64,000 nucleotides of DNA from Camelus dromedarius (GCF_036321535.1 NC_087441.1:12462001-12526000); one strand, 5' to 3'; positions 48,749 to 62,329 are shown, numbered from the stretch's first letter. Notes: a model not told the origin generated them from the sequence alone. A program made the numbers and translations.

Positions 48749-50029
48749 CTCCTCTCTGCCAAGACTGGGATGGTACCCTTCCCCCAAAGGCTGTAACTGA
48801 ATTTGCGGAAACTACGCTTGCATTTGGGAGAACCCCTTCGGTCCCTGTGCTGGTAGCTATTTAACTCTCCCTGGGTTGAGTCAGACCTGGGGCGGGAGGG
48901 CTGACCTCTGTAAGAAACACCAAGACTCAGCTCAAGTCCCCACAGACTTTACAGTTTCATGGATGTGTAATTACGTAAAAGATAGCCTATAAGGGGAAAA
49001 AATGCTAGGCGTTGCATGTCATGTGATGAACTCCTCGCGTATCTTAGGAAACTTAAAGAAACAATTCACACCCCGGGCTGTTATTTTTCTTTTCTTTTCT
49101 TTCTAACTGGAGTTGATGAGAATGTTGACTCATTTTTTATGTGGTATTCACCCCTAAATACATAGTTCTTGATCTTTTGTATGACATTTTATAATTTCAT
49201 TGAGCAGTTACTAATTGTCAGACTCAGTTAATCATGCACTCATTTAAATAGTGTAGAAGTTATCTTGTAAAAAAAAAATATGGCATCTTCGCCATAATTC
49301 TGAGGACAGGCAACTCATAATTTTCTGTCTGTTTTACTTAAATAAATGATTGAGAATATCTGGGAGAAGGAGGAATTGACAACTGCCTCAAACAAGGTTA
49401 GGGTCAAATCATTTATGTAAGATTTTTAATTCCTTAGATGTCGTGAAGTTTGCTTCAGTATTTTTTAAATGGTTTCTATGGTAACCAATTTTTTTTTCCA
49501 TTGTTCACAATGACTTTTTGGATTAAAAACAGACAATTCCTTCCTCTACTGATATTAATCTTCCATATTTAGTAAACACTGGTCTCCACCCACGTTTTAA
49601 AAAGATTATTTACCTTGAATTACACAACTGTTCTCCTTCATTTTGCTTCCCTTCTCCTCACATGTGTCACCAACGTTGTGCACATGACATCTGGAATCCC
49701 TTTTATCTATTTATTCTTTATTGTGCTGTTGACTTGTTTACTGATTTGGGAAGAAATTTGAAATTTCCAGGACTTATCTTGTGCTTTGTTGTTGTTGTGT
49801 GGGTATTCTTATTATTTTATGAGCCACAGCATTCCTGTTGCCAAGAATGACACATACTCACGGTCACATTTTGAGCTTCTTTACTTTTCTGAGGGTTCTC
49901 ACAGATTATCTCATTTTATCCAGTGTGGTTGGATGTGAGCATTCATTGCTCTAATACTCAACAGAGAAATGTAGATTTCTTCCCAGAAACGTGGAAGCTA
50001 AACTAGACCATCCCCTCTCTCTTTTAAAG

Positions 50030-50600
50030 AGAGAGATTGTTCAAAATACAACTCCGATTGGGTCTTTTCCCAGTTGCAAAGCCTACGATGAGTCATCATA
50101 ATCTGCCAGGTAAATTCTTTCTTCGAAATGGATCTTCACTCTTGGCTCCGTGTAACTTCCTGTCTTTGTTTCTGATCACCCTCCGCAGATCATGTTGTTC
50201 CCTCCACCCTGGACCACTTCCCGTTCCCCTGAAGCTAACGTCCATCTCATTGTCATGTCTTTGCGTGTGCCCCCTCCTCTCTCTCTGTCCCCTTCCTCTT
50301 TTTATTTACCTGGGCTTCTTCTCAGGCTTCAAGTCTCAGCTCACACATGATCTCCTCTGTGAAGCCTCCCAGTGCCACCAGCCAAGGTGAAATGCCTCCT
50401 TCTTTTTCTCCACTTTCAACCTGTTTCTATAAAATCAAGCAATGATTACATCAGGCAATGGTTTGTGTCTTTCTCTCTGTGTCCCATTAGAATATTAGAA
50501 GCTTGAGGGTAAGGGTGTGGTCTTAGTCAACTTTAGGTATCCTGTCCTGAGCATGAAACTTGACTTTAGTAGGTACTCAGTCCATTCGATTGTACATGCC
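50030..50600 (+). mobile_element. L2 LINE 3' fragment
   Basis: ctcaggcttcaagtctcagctcacacatg...tagaagcttgagggtaagg...agtaggtactcagt. Confidence 0.65.
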
Positions 50601-53600
50601 TGCACTTAACAAGTTTTTTTTTTTTTTTTAAAGTATCTACTGTGTCTAAGTCCTCTGACTACAGATGTGACTATGACACACAGAGTTCCTATCCTCATGG
50701 GGCTCTGGTCTATTGGAGTGACAATATAGTTAGCAAGGCATTTATAAACTGGATGAGTAAGTTTATGTTTGATGAATAAATGACTGAATAAATTAAATTT
50801 ACACAAAAAACATACGTTGACCAGAGTAACAGACCATTTAATGGCCCAGATTATTTTCATGAAATCTTTTACTCTGCCTGAGTTGAAAACACCTTACTCT
50901 TAAAAGCCCAGGTCCCTAGCTTGATAGAGGTGGTGTGGTTTTCTAGATCGGAAGGGGGCCTATCGTTTATAATTGATGTTCTCATTTTGCAGGTGAGATA
51001 ACTGAGTTCTAGAGCAGCGTAGTGATAAGCCAAGGTCACAAGTAGATATCTGAGGAGCTCCAATCTCTGAGAGAGTTGAGAGGTAACTCAGTATTCACAT
51101 GTTAGCACATATTCCTTCAAGATCATTCTTTTGCCTGGTTGCTAAGATCACTGGATCATTACAGATAGGAGGCAAGACTGGCTGCTTAATTTTTTTGGGT
51201 TTTTTGGCCTGGCACGAAATAAAAACATGGGGCCCTTGTTCAATGGTTATTAAGAATAGTTACTATGCAGAGAGCATTAGGCCATGTGTGGGGCCCATGT
51301 GGGGGCAGGGCAGGACTCAGGCTGCATGCCCAGGAGGCCAGCTCTGGTAGGAAATCAGGCTTTGGAAGACTTGGAGCTCTGAGGACTTTAGGGCTATCGC
51401 AAAAGAAAAATGAAGAGGTGAAAAAGGATGAGGAGGAGAGGAAGCAGAACATCTCAAAATTGTATCTGCAGCAGTCCTGTAAAAGAGGAGGACTCTCTCT
51501 CATGCTCATCTCAACACTTCCTTGACCAGAACACGAAGCTAGTGCTTGAGCACTCGTGCAGTCAGTCAACTGACCTGTGGGTTAAATACACTGGGGGCCT
51601 GGGAGCCTCCCCGCCACTTACAAACTTACCTTTCTGGGTTTGAAATAACTTATCACAAAGATGATCGATGGCCACTTAGTGAACTGAGGCTTGCTTATAC
51701 ATTTCATCAAAAGGAAAGATCACTTGGAATATTAATTCTTTTAATATCCAGTTTTCCACCAAAAACATTTAGGTTGGACCAAATCATCAAGATGAGAAAC
51801 TAGCAGTTATTTTTCTTATTTCTGGATATATCTGTGCTGGTTATATCCCTTTAATTTCTCTGTTCTGTGGTTAGCAGCACTGTAGTCAAATGTATAGGAA
51901 ATTTGATGTATGGCATACAGAAAGATTTAGTGGAAAGTTCTTATCTCTTGATTTCATCTTATTCAGGAAAGTTGTGAAAAATCCCTAAAGAGTGCATGGC
52001 TCTTGTATTTACAAGTCAAAAGGTGTGAAAACATTTGGTTGTGAAAGCATTGCCAAGTTCTTGGGTCTCATACAGTGAGAGTCAGAGATATATCTGAAGT
52101 CATTTCGCAATCTAGCGTTCTACTATTGTAACACTTCTTTATTTATGTATTTATGGTAGGTAGATGCCTTTGCATAAGTGATGAATTTAATAAATTAATA
52201 TAAAGCCTATTTAAATCAGACTGGAAACATGTGTATACAAATAGCACTCTTTTAACACTTTCTATTTGGTTTTATAATGTCTGTTTTCTATGAAATACTT
52301 GTGTCTGATTTGTGTGATAAAATGGCTTCTTTTTGAAATAACAGTTCACCACAACAATAATCAGAAAAACAAAGAAGGAATGATATTTCCCATATATTTT
52401 AAAGCTTTGTATATTTTCTTCTTTTGACACTTTGTGCTTTTAAAAAGAATAGCTTCATGACCACATTGAGTCTTGGAGACACTTTGTGAGTTTAATTGAT
52501 GATAGCGATGGTCACATAAAACTCCACCAAATATCTATACATGTTTGAAAGATGGCCAGTCATATTAAAAATCTAAATTGGTCTGTTTAGCATTACCCAT
52601 TAAAAGATTTGCATTTTAAAAATTTCCTAGGTGACACTCAATGGTTGAAATATGTATCCTGAAAGGCTTATAGAATCTTACAATTTCTGATGGGAAAGTC
52701 TTAAAAGATCAACTATGATTTTGAAAGATGAGAAATTGAGATTACTAAAGATTAAATGACTTGCACAAATGTATGCATTTAGTTAAGGCAAAATGGGACT
52801 AGATCCTAGATTATCTGACTTTCTCCAGAATTAGGATATTTTATGAAATTTTATCCTCACCATAAAATTGTACAGTTCATTAGTAAGCGCTGGCTTTTTA
52901 GCGCTGTACTGAGTTGAAAAGTAAGGTTTTTATTTAGTGTATGCTTAGTTCACATAAAATCAGTCATGCATTCTGTATTTACCTCTAATTAGAGCACTTA
53001 AGACAAATATTTGGAGCTGTTGAAGATATAGCCAATGTCTTTTTCAACTTTGCAAAATATGGTAACTGTTCCTTGAACATTCGTTGAATGGATGTTAGGC
53101 TAGTGAATTCACCTCCTCTTTAGTGTGCCTTTGAAGAGAGATAGAGCTAAAGACAAGACAGAGTTGAAGTAGGTAGGTAGGTAGGTAGATACATGGAGAG
53201 TAGAATGATATTGACCTCATCTCTTGGCTTTGTAACTATTGCTTAAAAAGGGCTGTTGCAAAAAGTTCTCTATATGTACTATTTATGTGCTGTAGTCACT
53301 TGAACTAGCAAATATTAACTATAGGCTGTAGCTTAAAAAATGATATTCTCAAAGATGCTTTTTCTTCTGAAACCTTTGCCATAGAGTTGACTGGTTTCTT
53401 TGCATTTGTGTGATCTTTTGCTTGTGAAATGCAGTAACGAGTGGCAATTCAGCGGCTGTTCCGTTCCTACAACTTACATAAGTCAAACACCTCCTATGCT
53501 CTGTGTTGAGCATAGAGACTCTAACTCTAACAGTCGTGTCCTGGCCCTTCTGGGACTTCAAAGCTAGTGACCAGGTTGAACTATGATTGAAGAATTTTGC

Positions 53601-56600
53601 AATGAGTCACTCTGGACGGGATCAGAGGACCCTTTGGAAGTTGGCTGCGATTCCTCCTGAGCTAACGCCAGACATGGCCCCGGGAGCTGCCCTGGCTACT
53701 GCTGTGCTTGTGTCCCACCATGGGCACCAGCCTCTCTTATATTCATTCCCATGCCAGGTTTTGGGAACTAGCCCACGTCTGACCAAACTGCCAGTGAGCT
53801 CCCCTTCTTGCCACACTCCAGATGGGCCGTTGGGTTGTGGACAACCAACTGTGGCTCCTTCTCTCCAAACAGTGCCAAGCCACAGGCTGTGGGGACGGAG
53901 GGATGAAGGATGCTTGCTTCCTTCCCCACAGCCCGTCCATGGTGCATTTGTGCCACAGATTTGTAGTCCTAACCTCTCCTTTGTTGCACCAGGGAAAGTT
54001 GGCTTTTGTTCCATGTCCAAGACTATTAGGAAAGGTCATTGTTAATTATTACTTTCCGGAACTTCGTGTTTTAACTTTGGTTTTGGGAAGGTATTGACCA
54101 GTCGAATAACATATGCTACCCATTTTATTTAAAACTGGGCATTACCCTAATGAACACATATAGCTCCAAGAGTCATTTTTAAAAGTATTAAAATTAGTAA
54201 AAGCCCCAAGCCTTGATCACAACTGTAAAAATATCTTTCAACATCTGCATTTAGAAAAGCAAAATTGTTCCTCTGCTCCAAACTATAAAGAGAGCCTTTC
54301 TACCCAGAAATCTGTGTGCAGTTTCAACCTGAAATTGGTTTTAATTGGCTCAGTTATTGATGCCTCAAAAAGGGAGTTTTATAAGGGAAATGGCGAATCA
54401 GCCTTAGGTGCATACCGCTCGACTCAAGTGCTGTAAATGCATTTCTTCTTGGTAGGGTTGCTTCATAATCAGCTACACATTAATAAGAGTGTTTATGTGT
54501 TTGATAAAGATAACTATTTCCTGTTGTCCAAAATAGCTTCTCTGTGGGTCAGATTATCAATGCAGAACACTAGACGCTCCCTTTTATGTTTCAAGAACAA
54601 TCAGTGCTTTGAGATACCAAGTGGATTGTGTTTCTGGTTTTAGAGAGGAGGCATAAGTCCATTTTTCAAAAATGTCTTCATTGCTAGTTAGCGATTTAAT
54701 AATTTAACACAAAAATGTGATGTCTAGCAAATGTAGAGATTTTATAATTACTTTTTTAGCCACGTGGGCTGAAAGAAATAAGTCCAAATAGAAAATTAGT
54801 GAGATTTCCGTACTTTCAGCAAAAATATTCTTCATGAACTATAGTGATTATCTTCAGCATTCAATAGGTGAGAGTCACTGAAAAATATATTAGGTAAGTT
54901 TCTAAATTTCTTCCAGAGTTTAGATAGCTTGATTTTCTCAGATTATACAAATAATATATCTCTTAAAATTCAATCAATGTAGAAAAGTATGAACAACAAA
55001 GTGATAATGTCTCTGATACAACTAGATAGATAGAAAAACAGATGACAGATAGATGTGTGTAAGTATTTTGGTGGAAATCTTTCAAGGTGTTTTTAATACA
55101 TATACTTGTCAATAAGGAGAAAAGGCTATACACTATGAATGCTGTTTTATTCTTTGTATTTTTTAAATGGAACAATATATCGTGCATCATCACACATCAA
55201 TAAATGTAAATCTGCATCGACCTGAGTGGCTAAATAATATTCCGTTTTAGATGTGTATCATTGTTGGTTTAGCCAATCCCCTACTGTGTTCAGTTTTTCG
55301 CTGTTATAGATAAAATTAATAATGCTTTAACATAGGATGCTTTTCTTTATTGAATTTTACCTTAAGAAACAGACTAAATATGAGCTAGTTTTGCCTTTTA
55401 AGATCAGTTTTGTAATCATTTTAATGAACAAGTTTTCAAAAGAGTACAGTTGTGAAAGTCTAATTATCATTATCAGTGACTTTAAAGTTTGAGTAAAAGT
55501 TGGTGTAAATTCTCATTACTATGGAATGTTTTAATTTAAAATGAAGTTCCCCAACATTTTCTTGGGATACAGGCAAACCAGGGAAGAGAGTAGCTTTCCT
55601 GGAGTCCTGGATTTAAATGGGAATTTCTGAAAGGAGATTTATGTTGGGAGCGGATGCTTCCTTTGATCAGACTGGTTCCCATGTGACTAAGGGCCACACC
55701 ATCAGTAGCATTTTATGCAAAATGACACAAACAGTTCTTTGCAAAGCATCACCTATGTTTTAATAACTCTGAATTTAGTCCTTCCATTGCAGAAAATAAC
55801 ATGGACGTTAAGGATGCAGGGCAAGCAAAAATCTCCACGCCTGATGGAATACGTAGGCAGTTGAGGGACTGGAGGCTCATTTTCCTTTTCCTTGAACCAC
55901 CCAGATAACTGTCTCAGCTCTCAGTTTTATGCTGTGAGTGGGAGTGAGAAGTCATGAAAATAATAGGTGCCAAGATGCTGAAGTCTTGCCTCGGATCCCT
56001 GGTGGTGATTAATACACAGATCCGCTACCCTGACTGGCCCCTGCTGCTGCTTCTCCATTCTGAATTGTCTCACAGTGACTTCTGTTTTGTTCCTCAGCTC
56101 ATGGTTAGTGGCCACAAAGTGGGTGCCTCTCTCTCCAAGTTAGCTTGTGTGGTAAGACTCGCTCCATCTCTCCTTTCCTTCTTCCCTCCCTGCCTCCCTC
56201 ACTATTAAAACTCGACAGGTACTAACCAAAAAATAAAGCAGGTCTGGGTCTAGTTTCCGATCAGGAGAAATCTTTCTTGATATCCTGCCTGTTTCAGAAA
56301 GGACTGAAAACAACCAAAGTGCACACAATCCGATGCAATTTGTTTTTCAATGAGGAAGTAATTTCGACCCCTGGAAAGTACTAATTAACATCGCCTTCAT
56401 TCTTCACTTAGTGCAGAGTGTCCAGGTTTTTCTGAACCTGAGAGTGGAAGCAGTCAGGCTGGTGGAGGAACAGAAAGTGGAGAAGACCCACTGAGGATCT
56501 TTATCTCCGAGTTGCTGAGCGCCAGACTTTGGCATCAATTGAAGGAGCGTAAAATGAGTGAACATCAAGGGACAAGGCAAGTCAGGACAAGGAGCATCTA

Positions 56601-59600
56601 GATAAACAAACTGAAAGTGACTGGTGAACACTGGGGGTGAATTTCCAAAGCCTGTGTCGCCTTTTACATGCAGCCTGTGACTGATTGTAAAGGAGTCGTG
56701 TGGAATCCTCATGGAATGCATACCCCGACCCCTCACTCTTCACTCATTTAAAAATTCTCACATTGCCCAATACTTAGACCTCATCATATGAACTGTTTCT
56801 CTCGGTGCTATCTAAATTCCGTTCCTACTGGAACTGAGTCTGGTGACTCTCAAATCATTTCACATCACGATTTGTAATCTTGTCTATGCGGGTCCAAGTT
56901 TCCCTCTCCCATGGGCTGAACTTCATATATACCCATTAGCTATTCAGTAAGGCTGTATCCTGCTGGGACCCTTTGTCCTTCAGGAAAGGAATGCATGTAC
57001 ATCTTCAGTCTCCTGTGGTTTCCTCATCTGGATTAAGCTGTGGTCTTTATCTGCATCATATACCCCCAACCAGAGGACCCAACAGCATTGGTTGTTGAAA
57101 GTCAGCCTTCACCTATTGCTCCCTCTTTTTGTTTGTCTAAAATGTACTGATTAGCCCAAGGCTAAGGATGAATACCCAATGAGGTTACCCTCTGTTTCCT
57201 CAATTAAGTTAACCCTGTGCTTATTAGCGAGGTGTACTGTTGTTTGTGGTCTTGACAGCTAGCACCATCATCCATAAATCCTGTCTCTCAACTGTCAGCA
57301 AATGTTTGTCTTCTTCCTATTTTTAAGCATTTAACTTCCTGTTGAACTTCTACCAATGTTTCAGCTTTTGATATAGTGAGTGCTCCTTAGCCTGGTGTAA
57401 ATCATTAGAATAGATCCTGTATTCAGTTGAATCAGACAGCTTCAGACCAACAGTGTTATTCTTATTCCTGAGTTCTCTTTGGTGTCTTTTTAGATTCAGA
57501 AGGTGATCTTCCCTAATTATCTGATTTTAGGTTTCCAATTTTAAGGCATAAATACATGGGAAGAATGATAGCATAGTTTTCATCAAGAAAAGAGGAAAAT
57601 TATTTGTTCATACCCTCACTGAATATTTTAGCTCCTTATTGAAATACCATTTTTAGCTTGGCTAGATTTAAGTACGAGCCTTTTAATTTCATGGTACATT
57701 GATTTATATTCAGAACTTCTGAGAACTTCACAGATTACTTTCTTTTTTCCTCACGAAATAAAGAGCCATCTAGAGGAAAACTTCTCCCAGTGATTCCAGT
57801 TCCTTCCCATCTTTCAGCTTCTCTGAACATCAAGGAGAATTTAGCCTGCCTGAGGTCAAAGCCAAGAAGAAAGAGGAAACTCATCATAGAAGATGATGCT
57901 AAAAGATTGTCCTTAGCCAGAGGGAAAATACAGTGGCAGATTTTCAACAGATCTGTTTGCTTCTTGGTTTAACTATTTGCCAGCAAACAACACACTTCTA
58001 CTGCAAGGGAGAAAAGTTACCATAGCTTCCACCTGGTTATGATTTAATCCTGAAACTCTGCATCTTATCTTCTGTAGAAGATAAAGAAGAGAACTCTGAA
58101 AAGAGATTTCTGTGTTTTTTTTTTTTAATAGGAACCTTAAAAAAAAACACAGTTATTACCATTTACTAGCCATTTAAATAAAAATTCTTGTTAGATGGTA
58201 CAATTTGTACCCCTGTGTCTAAAAGAAAGCTCTGCAAAGGTGAGATTTGTTTGGACTATCAATCCCTTGTCCCCTAGGTGGTGGCAGCTGCTCCTTGTGG
58301 TCTCTCACCATCTGTTGTCTTGTTTCGTCACCTCTTCTAAGGCTTTTGCCACATCTGAGCGATCCTTCTGTTGTTAAACCGTTCATCTTTGTTTCTATAA
58401 CTGACGTTTCAGTGCTTGTCAACTGCTACTGCATTTAGTATATTGGTCAGTCCCGACTAATATGACTGGGCTGTGCTGGCTTTTGCTGTTCCTAAAAGAG
58501 AGACCCTTCAAATAATTTACTGCATCTTTTAAAGTCCCACATTATTTTGAGGTTCATCTCAAGTCATGCTCTTCATCCTCCTAGTAGTTTCTGCATCACC
58601 ACTTACTTTATCTTCCCATTTTAACCTACAAGACGTCATTCCAGGCATATAATACTCATCTGTTGACTTGTAACATCTGATTAGAGTGCGTGTGTCTAAC
58701 TTCAAAGCTATTGGGCACATATATAATTTAATGCTTTCCATTGCTTTCTTAGGATAAACAAGCAAGAGAAGACATAGTGATACAAATAAAATGATATCCC
58801 TGAATACACTTGACTCAGGTGAACCCAACCAAGGATTTTAATTCTTACTAAAGACCAGCAGGAGAGATTTAGTTATGTAAATGATCAATTATAATCAAGA
58901 GATTGGAGATTCTTACCAAAGGAATTGACCGAGCCTCGTGCAACTTTTTGCAGTTTGTTCATCTTTATCTGCAAATTAAGAGAAAAACTCTATTGTGTCT
59001 GGTTGTGGTAGATAATGTCTGGAGCACTGATTACAAGATGCACGTCTATTTGATATTTAAAAATAAATTTACCTCCATATGCTTAATAGGAAACATGTTC
59101 AAAGTTCAAATGTCTGTTGGTTTATTAACATGTCTAGAGCTCCCCAGGAGCATGCATTTAAATGAAATCCACCATTTCGTATTCAGTGTAATAAAAATCC
59201 TCCATGAGATTTCTTTAAGAACCAAAGATTTTTTCTTTATAGTTCTTTGATCTGAAAGTGTCAACCTATGTAGGATTGCTCAGTTTGTGGAGAGGGAAAT
59301 GGGAGGAGTTCTGGAGAGCATGTGGTGTGTGAGAAGCTAATGCCATCAGATAAGAAGGTCCAAATAGGATTGCAAAAAAAAAGGAACTCTTCCTCTGTAT
59401 TCCAAGCACTCATCAGCGCAAGTCACGGTGCCGTTTTCTCTGCAGGCTTGCAGAGCATTTGTCAACCAGTGCGTTTTCCAGTCTTAAATTTATGACAACT
59501 TGAGAGACTCACAAGATCTGTACTTAGTGCTTTAAATAAATTCAAAATGATAGTTTTTCTCTCCTGTGAATTTTTGTAATTGAAATTGTTTAAGGAACAG

Positions 59601-62329
59601 TGGGCGTTCCTGGACTGTGTCGCTTACTCATTTGTCTCATATGAAGGTTGAAAATCAGATCCCTATGTTTGTGCTCATTTTACTTTTTGAAAATTGTGGA
59701 AAGCACAGAAGAAGCCTCTGATCTTTTACAAAAGAGAATGACATCACTTGAAATTACCAATCATTCTGCCTCTCTTTATGACACACACAAAGAGAAACAA
59801 AACATCTGGGTTCACGAAGAGCAGCTAGATGAAAATAACACTGTAACTCATGTCATAAAATAGTCTTGTTGGTCAGTGATCTGTATCTGTAGATGCTGAT
59901 CAAATATGGAACATATATGTATATATTACTGATGCTCAGTCTATCTGATTCTTTTTCTGCATAAAAAGAGCAGACTTATGCAGGATCTTAGAGGCTGTTA
60001 TTAGCTGTCAGCGGTGATGAGTAATCGCTATATTGTCTCTCCCTCTTGTGCTCTGCAGATGGTGAGCCTCCTTTTAATCTTGCAGATTAAGAGTGTACCA
60101 TGTCCACATGCCATCATTTTGAAAATCCTGAAGCTGAAATCATGTTTATCTTGGGAGATGTTGCTAAGAGACCACTGGGTTTGTGAAAAAATTGACAAAT
60201 GAGATTTAATTAATTTAATCATTTAAAAAAGAATGATTTTAATATTCTAATGTGTATATTCAGTTCCTGAAATTGAGCTTCCAAGCCTAAGCTTTTTCTT
60301 CCCTAAGCCCGAAGAAATACGTGTGATAACCTAATGCCACCACATAAGATGCTCCAAATAGGATTGCAAAAAAAAAAAAAAAAAAAAAAGAGAGAGAGAA
60401 AGAAAAGAAAGAAGCATTCTCTCTCTCTGTCTCATCTTATTTAAGTGCAATAAAAGGGCAGTGTATTGGCTACCACTGCATCAGCTCAGTGACTCTGCTG
60501 CTAAATTAGAAGGAGCTCATGGATTAATTGCTAGTCTCAGGAAAAAAAAAGGAAGAAATAAATTGATATATAAAAGAGTCATCATCATATTAAATGTAAG
60601 TGGTACTCATACCATAGTTGCCATAGGGACTGAAAAAGAAAAAGGAAGTTTTCCTAAAGAAGAACTTTCCATTTGATTGTAACATACACTGCATATTCAA
60701 GCATGTATTTTGACTTTTTCCCATATGAATATACTCATATATTCACAGCAAAAGAAAGAATTCCTCACCTGTGGCCATCTTCTCATTAGGCATGCGCTCT
60801 GCAATTGGACTGTAGTCAATATGTTCTTTGGAGTCTATGCACACTCATTCTGAGCTCCGCACGTATCTGGCTAGTGAATCAAATCCAATTCAGCAGGTAT
60901 TTATCTTGTACTTGCTAAACCACATAAATTTCATTAGGCAGAGAGTTTCAGGCAAAGAGGAAAACGCTTTAGGGAGTTTTAGTTACTGTAAGATGCATGT
61001 CTGTATGGTATTTAGGGATAAATTTGCCTATGTATGCTTAATGAGAAAGTGTCATGTTGCTAAAAACTCAAATGTCTGTTGGTTTATTAAAATATCTACA
61101 GCCTCTCAGAAGAGTGCATGAAAACAAAAATCCAGCATTTCACATTCAATTTGAGAAAAATCATCCATGTCATGAATAATGTCTATGATTTAAGAAGATG
61201 CAGAGGATGGTTTTAGGGAACTTTATTTTATCTACCAATTTGACGTCCACATTTTCCCTGGACATAGGAAAGCACTCACATTCCTGGCACAGAGTTTTTG
61301 CTGGTGCCTTTATTTGCACCTTTATAGAGAACCAGTCCTTCATGAAATAAACCAGTGCTCCAGTAAATTAGAAAGTCTGTGATGCCAACTTAAGGTTGTT
61401 AAGTTCCATAAGAAGGGCGAGAATAGGAAGGAAGATCTCTTCCAATTAATTTGTAAAAGGTTTGTTTTATGAGCCCCATAGTTAAGATGATGCAAGTGAA
61501 CATTGTTATGAAAATCATGCTTCCTGTCCCCTTTCCTTTCACTCTGCTTGCATAGAACATTTGCCCAGAGTGTAGCTAAACAGTTATGTTGAAAGTTATG
61601 CGTTCAGTCACCATATGTAGTGGAAGGCTTAAGGAAATCAGAAGTACAAAAGGAGAATCAAGTTAAAACAATTGCCATAAGATTCTTAAAATGAGAAAAA
61701 TAACTGAAAAATATCTCATGATGCGAAGTTGGTTTTTAGATAGACAATACGTTCTTCTCCATAGAAGTTCCAGCCAAAGAACACAGATCAGAGGGGACTT
61801 TTTTTTTTTTTTTTTTTTTAAGATCATGTTTTGCTCCAGGTACACCCTTTCAAGAAAGAAATGCAAGGAACAGTGAAGAAGCCTGTTGGATCAACCTCAG
61901 CCCTCCATCTTCAACGATCCTGACTGGAGCAGCCAGCTCAGCCTTCTTCTCACTCCTGTGTTCAAGTATATGTAAGGCCAAGGTCCCCAGTTAGCTACTT
62001 ACGACATGCTGTATCTGAAGCATGAAGGCACAGAATTTTAGGGCTGGATGGGGCTGTAAAGAGCATAAACTCAACAGCAGCATCTTGTAGGTGAGCAGCT
62101 GTGACCTTGAAGTCTCATGCTTTGTCAAAGCCTGGACTCTGGGTTAACTGCTACTGTCACATCCCCTTTATAAAATTTCCAGAGTTCCCAGGGACTTTTT
62201 CCCACCACAGCTCTGTTAACAGATTTCTGTTCCAGTGTTTCCAAATTCAGGAAAGAATATATAGTTTCTGGCAAGGCAGTTTGGAATAGCTAGCAGCAGC
62301 ACTTTTAAGTATCATGATAAAAAAAAGAT

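Noticed and set aside
53587-54045. Overlapping 152-aa and 132-aa ORFs, and a GGCTGTGGGG/CCCCACAGCC hairpin (53885-53933) as a pre-miRNA
   Set aside because: No domain similarity. The hairpin needs an 11-nt one-sided bulge and is too short for a canonical precursor.
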